DNA of 64,000 nucleotides from an uncultured Weeksellaceae bacterium (GTDB taxonomy: Bacteria > Bacteroidota > Bacteroidia > Flavobacteriales > BACL11), in contig CAYNGO010000001.1 of the NCBI GenBank assembly GCA_964397025.1, forward strand, positions 38,038-102,037, read 5' to 3'. The notes beneath the pieces were generated by a model. The model was not told where the DNA came from and ran no database searches. It saw nothing but the letters and a program-made list of their open reading frames with translations. A program made the translations under genes and the position numbers. Position 1 is the stretch's first letter. The number at the start of each line of letters is the position of its first letter. This document shows positions 9,854 through 19,515 of the stretch, piece by piece.

Positions 9854-9861
9854 CAAAATTA
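9854..9861 (-). promoter_or_regulatory. -7 box (TAATTTTG on minus strand) for the decarboxylase operon
   Basis: The plus strand reads CAAAATTA, 27 nt upstream of ATG 9827. Confidence 0.45.
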
Positions 9862-9939
9862 GAAAACATATCTAAAAAAACTGAAGTTATTTCGTATAAA
9901 AAAGTTAAAAAAACCTATAAAATCTATATGTAAATATTG

Positions 9940-9947
9940 TTATCTTT
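9940..9947 (+). promoter_or_regulatory. -7 box TATCTTTG for the LTD/CotH gene
   Basis: Exact TAnnTTTG match 41 nt upstream of ATG 9988. Confidence 0.4.
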
Positions 9948-9987
9948 GCATGTAAATACCTTTAATTAAAATTAAGGCTTTTAAAAA

Positions 9988-12900
9988 ATGAAAAAAAAAC
10001 ATATTCTATTTTTACTTTTTTCTGTTTTAATTAACACGCTTTACTCTCAGATTGTCATAAATGAATACTCTGCGGCTAATTATGAAAGTCATCTTGATAA
10101 TTATGGTGAATATGAGGATTGGATTGAGCTTTATAATACTACAAGTACTGACATAGACCTAAATGGATGGTTTCTTTCTGACAAAACATCTAACACTAAT
10201 AAATGGCAGTTTATGTCTTCTTACATAATTAGTGCTAATAGTGTTGGTATTATCTATTGCTCTGGAAATGATGAGGTATTAGGAGGATTTGCGCACACAA
10301 ACTTTAAAATTACACAAACAACTGGAAATGAAGTTTTCATATTGTCTGACCCTAGCTCAATTATTATTGATTCTATTACAGTCATTCCAAATTTAAAATC
10401 TCATTCCAGAGGAAGAGATGTAAATGGAGGGAGCTCTTGGAGTGTTTTCACTTCTCCAACTCCAAATATGAATAATACAGGGGCAATGCTCGATTATGCT
10501 CCAGCTCCAGTATTTTCTCAATCACCAGGCTATTATAGTGGTCCGCTTTCTCTTACAATTACTTCATCAGATCCAAATGCAATAATTTATTATACAACTG
10601 ATGGATTTGTCCCTAGCAGTAATTCTAATTTGTATAGTGGGCCAATTAATATTGCTTCGACCTCTGTTGTTAAGGCAATTGCTTATAGTACAAACTCAAA
10701 TGTTCCAAATAGCTTTATTGAGTATAATACCTATTTTATAAATGAGACTCATACAATACCTATTTTATCTGTATCCGGAGATAGTGTAGCTGTGCTTATT
10801 GAAGATGGGGTAAGAACTTTAGGTGGTTGGAATGGCCCCGCACATGAGCCACAAGGCACAATAGAGTGGTTTGATAAAAACGGGGGTATTATTGATAAGG
10901 GTTCTGGTGAGTTTAACAAACATGGTAATGACTCCTGGGCATATGACCAAAGAGGTTTTGACTACGTAATGCGAGATCAGTTTGGTTATAACTACGCACT
11001 TCAAGATAAGTTATTTGAAACTAAAAATAGAGATAAGTTTCAAAAAGTAATTGTTAAAGCAGCTGCAAATGACAATTATCCCGCATCATATAGTAATTCA
11101 GGAGCGCATATTAGAGATGCGTTTGTACAGCACTTATCACAAATAGCTGATCTTCGCATGGATGAAAGATCTACAACTTCTTGTATCTTATATTTAAACG
11201 GAGAATACTGGGGGGTTTATGAAATGAGGGAAAAGGCGGATGATCATGATTTCACCAAGCATTATTATGATCAGGGGAAAAATGATTTGCAGTACTTAAA
11301 AACATGGGGGAATACCTGGTCGGAGTATGGTGGAGTACAGGCTCAAACTGATTGGGATAATCTTAAAAACTATATCGCCACTAATCCAATGAGTAATCAA
11401 AGTAATTACTTAAATGTTAAAGGTCAATTTAATACGGGAAGTATAATTGATTACTTTCTACTTAATTCATATGTTGTTTGTGCTGACTGGTTAAATTGGA
11501 ATACGGCCTGGTGGAGAGGTTTAGATACAAATGGAGATAAAAAGAAATGGAGATATGCTCTTTGGGATATGGACAATACTTTTGATCATGGAACAAATTA
11601 TACTGGTGTTCCTACAATGTCTGTAAATGCAGACCCTTGTGACCCAAGTAGTCTTACAGATCCGGGTGGGCAAGGGCATGTTCCTATTTGGAATGAACTA
11701 CTAAATAATACTAGTTTTTTTGACGATTATTTAAATCGGTGGCAAGACCTTGCTAATGGATATCTTTCATGTGATTCTATGATATATGTGCTGGATAGTA
11801 TGATCAATGTTATTGATCCTGAAATGCCAAGGCAAATTGCAAAATGGGGTGGGACATATGTAGAGTGGCAAAATAATGTACAAGACTTAAGAGATTTTAT
11901 TAATGCTAGATGTAGTATTATGAATGCTGGATTTGGGCCTTGTCATCCTCAACTTTCAGGACCGCATAATTTAACAATTGAGATTATTGGTGTTGGTGAA
12001 GTTGAAATGAGTAATGGTAATTTGATAAATCAAACAAATACTGGATGGGTAGATCAAAGATATGGTGGGGTAAGCACTCCTTTTGAAGTTAAAAGTGGAA
12101 CATTTCAAAATTGGGAGGTAATTCCATCAGGAATATACTCTTATGATCCTCTTCTAGACACTATGAGTCTTGATTTACAAGGTGATGTTACTGTAATTGC
12201 TAATTTTATTCCACCACCTCCTCCAGTGGAAACAAGAGATATTACTTTTAAAGTAAATCCTTCTGGAACATCCTCTGCTATAGTTGTTAATGGAACAACC
12301 CTAAACTCATTCCCAACAACAATTAACTATGTTCTTGGAGATACGGTAATTATCTCTCCAATTATAGATCCTCTTTATGGTTTTAGCAATTGGACTTGTG
12401 ATAGTGTAGCTTTAATGCCTCAAAATAATAATCTGACTGATTCATTTTATGTAAATCATCATGACACAATTTATCTAAATCAATATTTGCTTCCCACAAT
12501 AACAGCTTTTATTTCTGGTAATGATACAATCTGTTCTAATCAGCAACAACTAGCAAATATTAGTGTCGCTTTTACTGGAATTCCTCCTTTCACATTTAAT
12601 TATTCCATAAATAGTATAGAGCAAACAGAAATCACAACAAGCTCTAATCCATACACAATCTCTACATCAATTGCTGGAGAATATAATCTAGTAAGTTTTT
12701 CTGATGCAGTAGAAACTGGAGGGCTTAGCGGTCAGGCGCTAGTGACAATCTCAGAAGCTCCAATAGCTAATTTCCAACCAGAACCTAGCACAACGACTAT
12801 TTTATATACAACAATTCAAATGATTGATCAATCTTCAGACAATGTTGTTAGTTGGGAATGGATATTTGGAGATAATATTGAAACAAATACTGAGCAAAAC

Positions 12901-13311
12901 CCACTACACACTTATCCCGAAACAGTTTCTCAACACCAAATATTTTTGACTGTTCGAAATAGTTTTGGTTGTATAGATTCTATTTTTAGAATAATTAATA
13001 TTACTGATGATTATTGGATTTATATACCAAATTCATTTACCCCTAACTCTGATGATGTTAATGATAAGTTTTTTATTAGCCACTATGGGGTTTTAGAGGA
13101 AACTTTCACCATTAACATTTACAATAGATTTAATGAAGTCGTCTATTCAACAAAAAACATAATAGACCTTTCTAAAGAAAATGGATGGGATGGTAGACAT
13201 CAAACAAAAGGGTTTAATCTTACTTCTGGAACATACATCTACGAACTGTCTTATCAAGACTTAGATGGATGGAAGCACTTTAAAACTGATAAAGTAAATA
13301 TCATTAGGTAG
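9988..13311 (+). CDS. Large secreted multidomain protein: lamin-tail domain, chitobiase/Fn3-associated domain, CotH kinase-family domain, PKD domain, T9SS type B C-terminal domain
   Basis: 1107 aa with a signal peptide. LTD: IVINEYSA...YEDWIELYNTTSTDIDLNGWFLSD. CHB_HEX_C-like: IIYYTTDGFVPSSNSNLYSGPI. CotH block: CILYLNGEYWGVYEMREKADDHDF. PKD: WEWIFGD...NPLHTY. Gliding-motility C-terminal domain: YIPNSFTPNSDDVNDKFF. Confidence 0.8.
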   Translation: MKKKHILFLLFSVLINTLYSQIVINEYSAANYESHLDNYGEYEDWIELYNTTSTDIDLNGWFLSDKTSNTNKWQFMSSYIISANSVGIIYCSGNDEVLGGFAHTNFKITQTTGNEVFILSDPSSIIIDSITVIPNLKSHSRGRDVNGGSSWSVFTSPTPNMNNTGAMLDYAPAPVFSQSPGYYSGPLSLTITSSDPNAIIYYTTDGFVPSSNSNLYSGPINIASTSVVKAIAYSTNSNVPNSFIEYNTYFINETHTIPILSVSGDSVAVLIEDGVRTLGGWNGPAHEPQGTIEWFDKNGGIIDKGSGEFNKHGNDSWAYDQRGFDYVMRDQFGYNYALQDKLFETKNRDKFQKVIVKAAANDNYPASYSNSGAHIRDAFVQHLSQIADLRMDERSTTSCILYLNGEYWGVYEMREKADDHDFTKHYYDQGKNDLQYLKTWGNTWSEYGGVQAQTDWDNLKNYIATNPMSNQSNYLNVKGQFNTGSIIDYFLLNSYVVCADWLNWNTAWWRGLDTNGDKKKWRYALWDMDNTFDHGTNYTGVPTMSVNADPCDPSSLTDPGGQGHVPIWNELLNNTSFFDDYLNRWQDLANGYLSCDSMIYVLDSMINVIDPEMPRQIAKWGGTYVEWQNNVQDLRDFINARCSIMNAGFGPCHPQLSGPHNLTIEIIGVGEVEMSNGNLINQTNTGWVDQRYGGVSTPFEVKSGTFQNWEVIPSGIYSYDPLLDTMSLDLQGDVTVIANFIPPPPPVETRDITFKVNPSGTSSAIVVNGTTLNSFPTTINYVLGDTVIISPIIDPLYGFSNWTCDSVALMPQNNNLTDSFYVNHHDTIYLNQYLLPTITAFISGNDTICSNQQQLANISVAFTGIPPFTFNYSINSIEQTEITTSSNPYTISTSIAGEYNLVSFSDAVETGGLSGQALVTISEAPIANFQPEPSTTTILYTTIQMIDQSSDNVVSWEWIFGDNIETNTEQNPLHTYPETVSQHQIFLTVRNSFGCIDSIFRIINITDDYWIYIPNSFTPNSDDVNDKFFISHYGVLEETFTINIYNRFNEVVYSTKNIIDLSKENGWDGRHQTKGFNLTSGTYIYELSYQDLDGWKHFKTDKVNIIR

Positions 13312-13314
13312 CCT

Positions 13315-15144
13315 ATGCTTTACTTGTTTCAATATATCATTTCGTTAGAGAGGTTAAAAAACAACATACAGCAAACAATCTTTATTGTTCTTTTTTTTAT
13401 TCCTAGTCTTGTTATTGGCCAGACGATATATAACCCGCAAATTCTATATGATACCCCTGGAGGTTTATATGAAAAAGATTCTTTAAGAGATATTTATATC
13501 AACTTCTATGATCCTAGTTATCATACAATTCTTCAAAACTCTTTTTTCACAAACCCTTCATTTCGAATTCCGGCAAGTATTACTTATTCTCATGATGATG
13601 TGACGTATGATAGTGTTGGGGTTCGGTATAAAGGAAACTCAACGTTCTGTATACCAAATGACAATGGTATTCCTAAAGTGCCATATAATATAGATATGAA
13701 TTATTGGATATCTGGGCAAAAACTATTAGGATATAAAAAAATAAAGCTAGCAAATGCCTGGATGGACGCTACATTCTTAAAAGAATATACGGCTTCTAAA
13801 ATTTACAAAAAATATCTACCTACACCTGAGGTTAGCCTAGCAAAACTACATGTTCAAGGAGATTATTTAGGCCTTTACGTAAATACAGAGTCTATTAATA
13901 AACAATTTGCAAAAAAACATTTTAACGAAAATAATGGAGCTTTAATAAAATGTGATGGTAGCGGCATGTTTTGTGATACCACAGGTACGCCTGTAGGTGG
14001 AGAGCCAGGGCTGAATTGGTACGGAACAGGTGATAGTACCGCATACTTTTCTAGCTATAATCTAAAATCAGATTATGGTTGGAATGAGCTTGTAGATCTA
14101 ATTTACACTCTAAACTTCAATACTAATGAATTAGATTCTATCTTAAATATAGATAGAGTTTTATGGGCTTTTGCTGTAAATACAGTTATTGGTAATTTTG
14201 ACACTTATAACGGTTATTATGTACATAACTATTATTTTTATCAAACTGAAGACGGCTTATTTCAGATGATTCCATGGGATCTAAGTCAAAGCTTTATTAA
14301 TGCACTTCTTGGATGGGATATCTTCACACCTCAAGGCCCTTTACACCCACAGCAATTTGACCCATATTACGGAGATGACCCAAGTCTTAATAGGCCTTTA
14401 GCTTATATTTTATTAAATAATGGAGATTATAGGAAGCAGTATACTGCTCATCTAAGAACAGTTATCAGTGAATTAGACACTAATTTAATTAGAAGCGATG
14501 TGTTAAACATGCAAAGTCTAGCCTACACAGCAGTTGATAGCGACCCCAACAAACTATTTTCTATTTCAGATTATATTACAAATGTTGAGCAAGATATTTC
14601 TTTAGGGCTTTGGGGAGGATATGGTTTTGGAGGAATTATGTCGACTCTTAGATACCGAATTCCATTTTTGCAATCTAATAGCGAAATATCACAGGTGCCA
14701 CCTGATTTATACGGATTAAATATTACTGGCAATATAGTTACTATTAGTGCATCAAATGAAAACTCTGTTGAGTTAATGGCAACACAAAACGAATACAATT
14801 CTAAGTTTAAATCTTTTAACATGTATGATGATGGGACTAATGGAGACGCTCAAGCTAACGATGACGTGTATTCATGCTATATGCCTTTTTCATCAGCTCT
14901 TGAGGTTAAGTTTTATGTAAAAGCAAAAAACTCTCAATCAATCATGTTATTTCCAGAAAGAGCAGAATATGAATTTTACAAATACTCACCTATTTCAGGC
15001 GCAATCGAATCTCCTTTATCAAATGCTAAAGAGCTATTAAACATTACTGATGTATTGGGGAGAAAAGCCGGATTTAGCTATAATAAACCTCTTATATATA
15101 TTTTTACAGATGGCAGTGTTGAGAAGAAAATAATTGTAAAATAA
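13315..15144 (+). CDS. CotH kinase-family protein, secreted, with a short C-terminal sorting-like tag
   Basis: 609 aa with an N-terminal hydrophobic signal. CotH block: KIKLANAWMDATFLKEYTASKIY...LHVQGDYLGLYVNTESINKQFAKKHF. The C-terminus is ...ITDVLGRKAGFSYNKPLIYIFTDGSVEKKIIVK. Confidence 0.75.
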   Translation: MLYLFQYIISLERLKNNIQQTIFIVLFFIPSLVIGQTIYNPQILYDTPGGLYEKDSLRDIYINFYDPSYHTILQNSFFTNPSFRIPASITYSHDDVTYDSVGVRYKGNSTFCIPNDNGIPKVPYNIDMNYWISGQKLLGYKKIKLANAWMDATFLKEYTASKIYKKYLPTPEVSLAKLHVQGDYLGLYVNTESINKQFAKKHFNENNGALIKCDGSGMFCDTTGTPVGGEPGLNWYGTGDSTAYFSSYNLKSDYGWNELVDLIYTLNFNTNELDSILNIDRVLWAFAVNTVIGNFDTYNGYYVHNYYFYQTEDGLFQMIPWDLSQSFINALLGWDIFTPQGPLHPQQFDPYYGDDPSLNRPLAYILLNNGDYRKQYTAHLRTVISELDTNLIRSDVLNMQSLAYTAVDSDPNKLFSISDYITNVEQDISLGLWGGYGFGGIMSTLRYRIPFLQSNSEISQVPPDLYGLNITGNIVTISASNENSVELMATQNEYNSKFKSFNMYDDGTNGDAQANDDVYSCYMPFSSALEVKFYVKAKNSQSIMLFPERAEYEFYKYSPISGAIESPLSNAKELLNITDVLGRKAGFSYNKPLIYIFTDGSVEKKIIVK

Positions 15145-15182
15145 TTAGATTTCCATTCATTGCTTATCTTAAAATCAAAACC

Positions 15183-15190
15183 TATATTTG
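15183..15190 (+). promoter_or_regulatory. -7 box TATATTTG for ileS
   Basis: Exact TAnnTTTG. It overlaps the ORF-track TTG start (15188) and lies 22 nt upstream of ATG 15212. Confidence 0.45.
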
Positions 15191-15211
15191 CACGAATTGG
15201 TAGTAAAAAAT

Positions 15212-18200
15212 ATGAGTAAATTTAAAGAATATAGAGAGTTAAGCCTTCCTTTGATACATAAGGATGTTTTACATTACTGGAAAAAAAACAATATTTTTAA
15301 TCAGAGTATTGAAAATAAAAAAGAATCTAAAAACTTCACTTTTTACGAAGGACCTCCATCTGCAAATGGTATGCCTGGAATTCATCATGTAATTGCGCGA
15401 ACTATAAAGGATCTTTTTTGTAGGTATAAAACCTTAAAGGGTTTTCAAGTTAATCGAAAGGCAGGCTGGGACACACATGGATTACCTGTTGAGCTAGGCG
15501 TAGAAAAAGAACTTGGTTTAACTAAAGAGGATATTGGTAATAAGATTTCTATTGAAGACTACAACAAAGCTTGTCGTGTTAATGTTATGAAATACAAGAA
15601 ATCTTGGGAAAATATAACTGAGGAGATGGGTTATTGGGTTGATATGCAAAATCCATACGTAACATATGATAATAAATATATTGAAAGCGTATGGTGGCTA
15701 CTTAAACAACTTCATGAAAAAAAATTACTTTACAAAGGACACACGATTCAACCATTTTCTCCTAAAGCAGGTACTGGTCTTAGTACACACGAATTAAATC
15801 AGCCAGGGTGTTATAAGAATGTAAAAGACACTTCTGCTGTGGCTCAATTTAAAGTTATTAATGATGAGTTAAGTAATTTTTTATTTTCTAAAACGAAAAA
15901 TGAGGTTTTTTTTATAGCGTGGACAACCACCCCATGGACACTTCCCTCTAACACAGCTCTCGCTGTAGGTAAAAAAATTACATATTTTCTAGTTGAAACA
16001 GTTAATCAATACACTGGGGCCGTAATTTCAATAATTTTAGCAAAAGATCTTTTATCTAATTTCTTTAAAAAAGAAAATGAGAATAAAGAGCGTAAAAATC
16101 ATATTATAGGCAATAAGAGTCTTCCTTATATTATTATTGACAAATTTAGTGGTGGTAGTCTTATTAATATTAAATACGAACAGCTACTAAAATATGCTCA
16201 GCCAGATGATGGTGAGGCTTTTAAGGTTTTAAGTGCCGATTTTGTTACTACAGAAGATGGTACTGGAATTGTTCACTTAGCACCTAGCTTTGGCGCTGAT
16301 GATAGTAGGGTTGCAAAACAAAATGGTATTGGATCTTTAACTTTAGTGGACGAACAAGGAAGGTTTACTAAAGAGGTTACAGATTTTTATGGTCAATATG
16401 TAAAAGAAGAATATTATACTGAAAAAGAGGTCAAGCCAAAACTACCAGCTGATGTTCAGGTGGTTATAAAAATTAAAGAGGAGGGAAATTTATTTAAATC
16501 TGAAAAATACGAACATTCTTATCCTCACTGCTGGAGAACAGATAAGCCTATATTATATTACCCTCTTGACAGTTGGTTTGTAAAAACAACGAGTCATAAA
16601 AAAAGAATGTTAGAATTAAACAAAACTATTAATTGGAAGCCCGCTTCTACTGGAGATGGTCGGTTTGGAAATTGGCTTGAAAACTTGGTAGACTGGAATT
16701 TATCTCGTTCTAGATTTTGGGGCATTCCTCTTCCAATTTGGAGGACTGAAAACGGTGAAGAAGAGGTGTGTATTGGGTCTATAGAAGAGTTAAAAGTAGA
16801 AATTAATAAATCGGTAGCTGCTGGATTTATGATGCAAAATCCTCTAGAGAAGTTTGTAGTTGGAGATTTTTCTGAAGAAAACTATAATGTTTTTGATTTA
16901 CATCGACCATATGTTGATGATATCATACTTGTTTCAAATTCGGGTTTGGCTATGAAAAGAGAGCTAGATTTAATTGATGTTTGGTTTGATTCTGGCTCAA
17001 TGCCCTACGCTCAGCTTCACTATCCATTTGAAAACAAAGAGCTATTTAAAGAAAGTTTTCCGGCAGATTTTATTGCCGAAGGAGTAGATCAAACTAGGGG
17101 GTGGTTTTTTACTCTACACGCTATATCAACTCTTGTTTTTGATTCTGTTGCTTATAAAAATGTAGTTTCAAATGGTTTAGTTTTAGATAAGAGTGGTAAT
17201 AAGATGTCTAAGCGGCTTGGAAATGCAACAGATCCATTTATTACAATAAATAAGTATGGAGCAGATGCAACAAGATGGTATATGATTAGCAATGCTCAGC
17301 CATGGGACAACCTTAAGTTTGATGAAGGAGGGATATTGGAAGTTCAAAGGAAATTCTTTGGCACCCTCTATAATACATATTCGTTCTTTTCACTATATGC
17401 AAATATTGATAATTATAAATATGTCTCTGGAGAGTCAAAAATTAATAACCGGGACAAAACAGATAAATGGATTATCTCAGAGCTAAACTCTCTTATAGAT
17501 GATGTTACAGAAAATTACGAAAGCTATGAGCCAACAAAAGCAGCTAGGCTAATACAGGATTTTGTAGTCAACAAGCTTAGTAACTGGTATATCAGATTAA
17601 ATAGGCGTAGATTTTGGAAGGGAGAGTATAATCTTGATAAAAAAAATGCATATAGTACTCTTTTTGAATGTCTAGAAATAGTTGCTCTTATCTCATGCCC
17701 AATAGCCCCTTTCTTTATGGACAATCTATATCAGGACCTTCACGGCTCTAGTGATTCTATTCATCTTAATGAGTTTCCAAACTCAAATAAAGAGGCGATT
17801 GATATACATTTAGAAGATCAAATGCAAATTGCTCAAAAAATATCATCAAGTATTCTATCGCTTAGAAAAAAAGAGAAGGTGAGGGTTCGTCAACCATTAA
17901 AGACAGCCCTTATCACTTCATCCAAAGAGATAGTAAGACAAAATATTAATGAAATAAAAAATATAATTTTAAGTGAAACTAATTTAAAAAAATTAGAACT
18001 AATTGATGAAGACTCGACATTAGTTTCGAAAAAAGCAAAGCCCAATTTTAAGGTTCTTGGACCTAAATATGGAAAAAAAATTAAAGAAATTTGTCTTGAT
18101 ATTAGCACACTAAACAGTGTTCAAATAAAAAAACTAGAAAAAAACAAAGAGGTGAAGTTAGAAAGTGGTCTATCTGTTTTGCTAGAAGACGTTGATATTA

Positions 18201-18544
18201 TATCTGAAGATATTGAGGGGTACTCTGTTACAAGTAATGATCTTTATAGCGTTGCTTTAGACATTAACATATCAAAAGAACTAAAAGATGAGGGTTTAGC
18301 CAGGGAACTAGTAAATAGAATTCAAAATATCAGAAAAGAAAAAAAATTCTTAGTGACAGATAAAATATGTGTCAATATCCAAAAAAACGAGAGCCTAGAA
18401 AGTGTAATTAAAAATAATTTGGCATATATTTGTAATGAAACACTTGCAAAAGAACTGATTTTCACATCATCGAATAATGATGGTTATGAAAAAATAGAAC
18501 TTATAGATAATATTTTTTGTGAAATTTTAATATTTAAGAGCTAG
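15212..18544 (+). CDS. ileS: Isoleucine--tRNA ligase (type 2)
   Basis: HIGH-type motif PSANGMPGIHH and KMSKS-type motif NKMSKRLGN, about 1110 aa. The start is set to ATG 15212 because the TTG at 15188 lies inside the promoter box. Confidence 0.92.
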   Translation: MSKFKEYRELSLPLIHKDVLHYWKKNNIFNQSIENKKESKNFTFYEGPPSANGMPGIHHVIARTIKDLFCRYKTLKGFQVNRKAGWDTHGLPVELGVEKELGLTKEDIGNKISIEDYNKACRVNVMKYKKSWENITEEMGYWVDMQNPYVTYDNKYIESVWWLLKQLHEKKLLYKGHTIQPFSPKAGTGLSTHELNQPGCYKNVKDTSAVAQFKVINDELSNFLFSKTKNEVFFIAWTTTPWTLPSNTALAVGKKITYFLVETVNQYTGAVISIILAKDLLSNFFKKENENKERKNHIIGNKSLPYIIIDKFSGGSLINIKYEQLLKYAQPDDGEAFKVLSADFVTTEDGTGIVHLAPSFGADDSRVAKQNGIGSLTLVDEQGRFTKEVTDFYGQYVKEEYYTEKEVKPKLPADVQVVIKIKEEGNLFKSEKYEHSYPHCWRTDKPILYYPLDSWFVKTTSHKKRMLELNKTINWKPASTGDGRFGNWLENLVDWNLSRSRFWGIPLPIWRTENGEEEVCIGSIEELKVEINKSVAAGFMMQNPLEKFVVGDFSEENYNVFDLHRPYVDDIILVSNSGLAMKRELDLIDVWFDSGSMPYAQLHYPFENKELFKESFPADFIAEGVDQTRGWFFTLHAISTLVFDSVAYKNVVSNGLVLDKSGNKMSKRLGNATDPFITINKYGADATRWYMISNAQPWDNLKFDEGGILEVQRKFFGTLYNTYSFFSLYANIDNYKYVSGESKINNRDKTDKWIISELNSLIDDVTENYESYEPTKAARLIQDFVVNKLSNWYIRLNRRRFWKGEYNLDKKNAYSTLFECLEIVALISCPIAPFFMDNLYQDLHGSSDSIHLNEFPNSNKEAIDIHLEDQMQIAQKISSSILSLRKKEKVRVRQPLKTALITSSKEIVRQNINEIKNIILSETNLKKLELIDEDSTLVSKKAKPNFKVLGPKYGKKIKEICLDISTLNSVQIKKLEKNKEVKLESGLSVLLEDVDIISEDIEGYSVTSNDLYSVALDINISKELKDEGLARELVNRIQNIRKEKKFLVTDKICVNIQKNESLESVIKNNLAYICNETLAKELIFTSSNNDGYEKIELIDNIFCEILIFKS

Positions 18545-18545
18545 T

Positions 18546-18920
18546 ATGAAAGAAAAAACATCATATACAAAGACAGAACTCAATGAGTTTAGAAAAATTA
18601 TTTTGGAAAAAATTAAAAGTGCCGAAGAAGATTTGTCAATTCTAAGGGCTTCGTGCGCAAATGATTCAGATAATGGCACAGAAGACACTTCTCCCACTTT
18701 TAAAGCTTTTGAAGAGGGCTCTACAACGCTTTCGAAAGAAGAAAATACTAAGCTAGCTGAAAGACAGGCTAAATTTATTTCAAATCTAAACAACGCACTA
18801 ATTAGAATTGAAAATCATTCCTATGGCGTTTGTCGTATTACTGGTAAATTAATATCAAAAGAAAGACTCACATTAGTTCCTCATGCTACTCTAAGCATAG
18901 AGGCCAAAAAAGCTCAATAA
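18546..18920 (+). CDS. DksA/TraR-family protein (Bacteroidota type with a degenerate zinc finger)
   Basis: 124 aa. C-terminal YGVCRITGKLISKERLTLVPHATLSIEAK. Conserved position between ileS and lspA, 1 nt after the ileS stop. Confidence 0.7.
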   Translation: MKEKTSYTKTELNEFRKIILEKIKSAEEDLSILRASCANDSDNGTEDTSPTFKAFEEGSTTLSKEENTKLAERQAKFISNLNNALIRIENHSYGVCRITGKLISKERLTLVPHATLSIEAKKAQ

Positions 18921-18927
18921 TCTCGCT

Positions 18928-19515
18928 TTGAAAAAAGTAATATCAAGCGCATTAATTCTAATTATAATTGATCAGGTTTTAAAACTGTGGATTAAAACTA
19001 ATATGTTTCTTGGTCAAGAACATAGGGTTTTTGATTGGTTTATAATTCATTTTACAGAAAATAACGGAATGGCTTTTGGCTTAGAGCTTGGTGGTGATAT
19101 TGGTAAATTACTACTAACAATTTTTAGAATAATTGTAGTGGTTTGGGGATTAATATATGTTTATAGATTATCTAAAAAAAACATGCCTAGCGGAGCCCTT
19201 GTTTCATTAGGACTAGTTATAGGGGGTGCTATAGGAAATATTATTGACAGCGTCTTTTATGGTTATATTTTTAATGATAGTTATAATAAAATAGCAGAGT
19301 TTTTTCCTGCATCAGGAGGGTACTCTTCATTGTTGAAGGGAAAAGTAGTTGATATGTTTTATTTCCCTATTATTAACACACATCTTCCAGAATGGCTTCC
19401 TGTTTTTGCAAATAAGCATTTTATTTTTTTTAGGCCTGTTTTTAATATTGCCGATGCAGGAATCTCAGTTGGAATGTTTTTATTGATTGTTTTGTATAGA
19501 AAGCGGTTTAGCTAA
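18928..19515 (+). CDS. lspA: Lipoprotein signal peptidase (signal peptidase II)
   Basis: 195 aa, four hydrophobic segments, motifs NNGMAFG and FNIADAGISVG. TTG start. Confidence 0.85.
   Translation: MKKVISSALILIIIDQVLKLWIKTNMFLGQEHRVFDWFIIHFTENNGMAFGLELGGDIGKLLLTIFRIIVVVWGLIYVYRLSKKNMPSGALVSLGLVIGGAIGNIIDSVFYGYIFNDSYNKIAEFFPASGGYSSLLKGKVVDMFYFPIINTHLPEWLPVFANKHFIFFRPVFNIADAGISVGMFLLIVLYRKRFS

Noticed and set aside
18527-18793. 88-aa minus-strand ORF overlapping the ileS end and the DksA-like gene
   Set aside because: It is antisense to two tightly coupled conserved genes, and its sequence is Ser/Leu-rich with no features.
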